Positions 61,501 to 64,000 of a stretch of 64,000 nt of DNA are shown here, one piece after another; the stretch's first letter is position 1, and each line of letters opens with the position of its first letter. Source of the stretch: Paragordius varius (Eukaryota > Animalia > Nematomorpha); the NCBI GenBank assembly GCA_964247055.1, contig OZ176050.1, forward strand, positions 14,260,001 to 14,324,000. Direction: 5' to 3'. Under the pieces are notes generated by a model. That model saw nothing but the letters and a program-made list of their open reading frames with translations, did no database searches and had not been told where the DNA came from. A program made the translations under genes and the position numbers.

Positions 61501-62903
61501 CCTGAATATATTCGAAATAATCAAAGATTTAAAAAGTTTCTACTGAGCAAAACATCGTTTGTTGGAATAGAAATAAACCTTGAAGCATTAAACCAGCGTC
61601 TCAATCAAAAATCATATCTATCCTATGATAACAATTATAAAAACAATGATATACTTAATCGCCCGAAACACAAAAGTTTGCTGCTATATTAGTTATTTTT
61701 TATATAAGTATAATATTAACTATTAATGATACAGTAAAAATTAAATCATACGGACAAAACTTAAAAATATAAAATTAAATTTTATCTCAAAAACACAACC
61801 CATCTTTTTGATCTTGATTTCTTTACTTATAACTCATTGTTTAGAATTTAAATTATAAAATAGTAGAGACGTATATTGGTAACACAATCAATGACTTTTT
61901 TCTTATAAATGGTGTTAATAAGATAAATTATTAAAAAAGTTTGGGTTGTTTTTTGAAAAAAAAAATTGTCTTTATATTTTTAAATGTCTGTATAATTACC
62001 ATTTTCATTGTTTATTTATTATTAAAAATGCAGTAAAAATTGAATTATACGGACAAAACGTAAAAATATAAAACAAATGTTTTTATCAAAAAGACTGCTG
62101 TACTTTTTAGAATCGATCTTGTTAAATATAATGACATAGAGATGGAAATATATTTTATATTCGAATTTTTGTATAAAATACACTTTGCATTTTAATGGTT
62201 GATTATTTCACACTATATCAGGGCAATTCGCAACACAGCAGTATGGAGAAAATAAAGGAAATATGTTTATTCAGCATTCTGTTGTTTTTTCCATACACAA
62301 CTGTGTTGCAAATGCCTTACTATAGTGTGAAATAAGCCACCATTAAAATGTATAATTTAGTTTATGGGTTTCGAATTGCGGTGATCATTGAATCTGACGT
62401 GGGTATGGGCTTGAATGATCTACAAGATTTGATCCAAAATGTATAAAAAGCTTTATCAAATAAAATAAATTTAAAGAATTAAGGTCTAACAGATTGATAT
62501 TACTGTTTTTATATTCTTTTTTTAGTTAAACGAAATATTCAGTCAAAAATATCTACACCACTTTGGGATCAGAATCCATATGGTCCATTATGAATATACC
62601 AGGGTAATTTCCAAATTTTATTACAATAAATATTGAAATTATACGGACAGAATGTATAAATGTAAAGACAAATATTTTTTCTAAAATACAACCATACTTT
62701 TTCAATCTTGATTTATATCATTATAATTCATAGTTTTAAAAGGCAAAGTGTGAAATAAAGATATAAATTACTAACACAGTTAATTTTATATTTTACAATT
62801 ATAACTAAATAGCTTATATAGGAAAAATATGGTTGTGTCTTTTAGATGAAAATATTTGTCTTTATATTTTTACATTTTGTCCGTATAATTTCAATTTTTA
62901 CTA
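58560..62903. mobile_element. Dense cluster of about 7 MITE-A copies (~58565-59010, 59868-60090, 60430-60716, 60718-61187, 61733-62008, 62031-, 62624-62903), several with nested H or J MITEs
   Basis: Recurrent aaaattgaaattatacggacaaaacg and its reverse complement. Confidence 0.8.
60868..61048. mobile_element. TA/CAGT-type MITE (family J) nested in MITE-A; second copy ~62185-62352
   Basis: TA-CAGTATGCATTTTAATGGTTGCTTATTTCACACTATA...TATAGTGTGAATTAAGCAACCATTAAAAGGCATACTG-TA. Confidence 0.75.
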
Positions 62904-64000
62904 AAGGTTTTTTTTACCTGTTTAAAACTTATAGTAATTTAAACTAAATTCCCTATATTCATTAAAAAGTATAAATTGTGCTTCTTTAATAAGAAATAAA
63001 TTATAATTTCACAGAGGTTTAGCTTTTCGCCAGCGCTAATTAATCTTAGGATTTTTCTTGCAAAAATGTAATATAAAATGGATTTAATTATAAATGAATA
63101 AATTTCCAACAAGCACAAACGCAGCCCTTTTCAAAAATGGCAGCATAATAATGGTTAATATAGCCCAATTAGGCATAATCTTTTCTCAAAAAATATAATT
63201 CATATAGATATATTTTAAGGTCTTTACTTAATTAATACTTGGTAGTTTGTAAAATAATTATTTTTATTCAAAATTATATAAAAAGTTATTTGAAGTAATA
63301 AATTTATTTAATAACGGGATCATATACTTTTTAATGATATTTTATCACAGAGAAGTAGTAATTACCGAGTGTTTGATTATTACCAGCATTATGCCAAAAA
63401 ACTCAAAAGATATACAGCCAAAGATTGGGATACAACGCTTATAATACGAAGGTTTTTTTTCTAACATTTAAACTTTCTATCTAAAAATATACATGCTTAT
63501 AAATCTGATGTTTCTCTGAAGTATCTTAAGTATATAGCGCATTGTTTTTTGCATTTATTTCTTAGAATATGGTTTTAAATCCCAAAGAAATTTTTTTCGA
63601 TCCAAAAATACTCTATTAAAAATTTCGATCCCCCTGTATAAATAATCATAATATATGTATAATTTTTAGCAAAATCCCTTCTGGACGCTTTGACAAGCCA
63701 AGACTTGTAGGTACACATTATTATTATTATTTTATTGGCATTCTTACCCTGTTTTTTAATGCAACGTATTGATTTGATAGTATTTTATAAATTACTAGCT
63801 GGTGTCACGCTTCGCTGTGATGTAGTCCGATAATAATTCTTTAGAAGTAATGGAGATAAAAAATAATATAAAACATATTTAATAAAAAGATTGTCCTTAA
63901 CTATTCTTTTATGGGTTTTTGCATAGACTCAAATATTGTGTAATCGAAATTGACTATATTAAAACTGTCCCTTATTAAAGTTATATTCAACTATCATTGG

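Overview
Very AT-rich eukaryotic (metazoan, invertebrate-like) genomic DNA, mostly transposon-derived, with host genes that the ORF track misses. (i) A complete 8-exon type III geranylgeranyl-diphosphate synthase gene (GGPS1/quemao-like, + strand, 47643-52518, 308 aa). Its first three introns are only 29, 25 and 22 nt (canonical GT-AG), while the other four are 0.4-1.9 kb, three of them carrying transposons. (ii) A 3-exon ER-type FKBP (FKBP2-like, - strand, 42876-39124) with altered active-site residues. (iii) An intron-containing tRNA-Tyr(GUA). (iv) A probable secreted or membrane protein gene of unknown family on the - strand (about 23.5-26.9 kb). Mobile DNA: a tandem array of composite MITE-built units (1-11.3 kb), one carrying a very young Penelope-like element with an inverted 3' duplication and hammerhead-like motifs; a decayed RTE LINE; two Buster-type hAT elements, one nested in the 5' LTR of a full-length degenerate Gypsy element; a piggyBac-like TTAA MITE with two empty sites in the window; several TA/CAGT-ended Tc1/mariner-like MITE families; and an unclassified repeat with internal ~320-bp tandem subunits. 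The top lead is ultra-short (22-29 nt) spliceosomal introns coexisting with kilobase introns in an animal-like genome. All alignments and translations were done by eye; coordinates given as 'about' or '~' are approximate.
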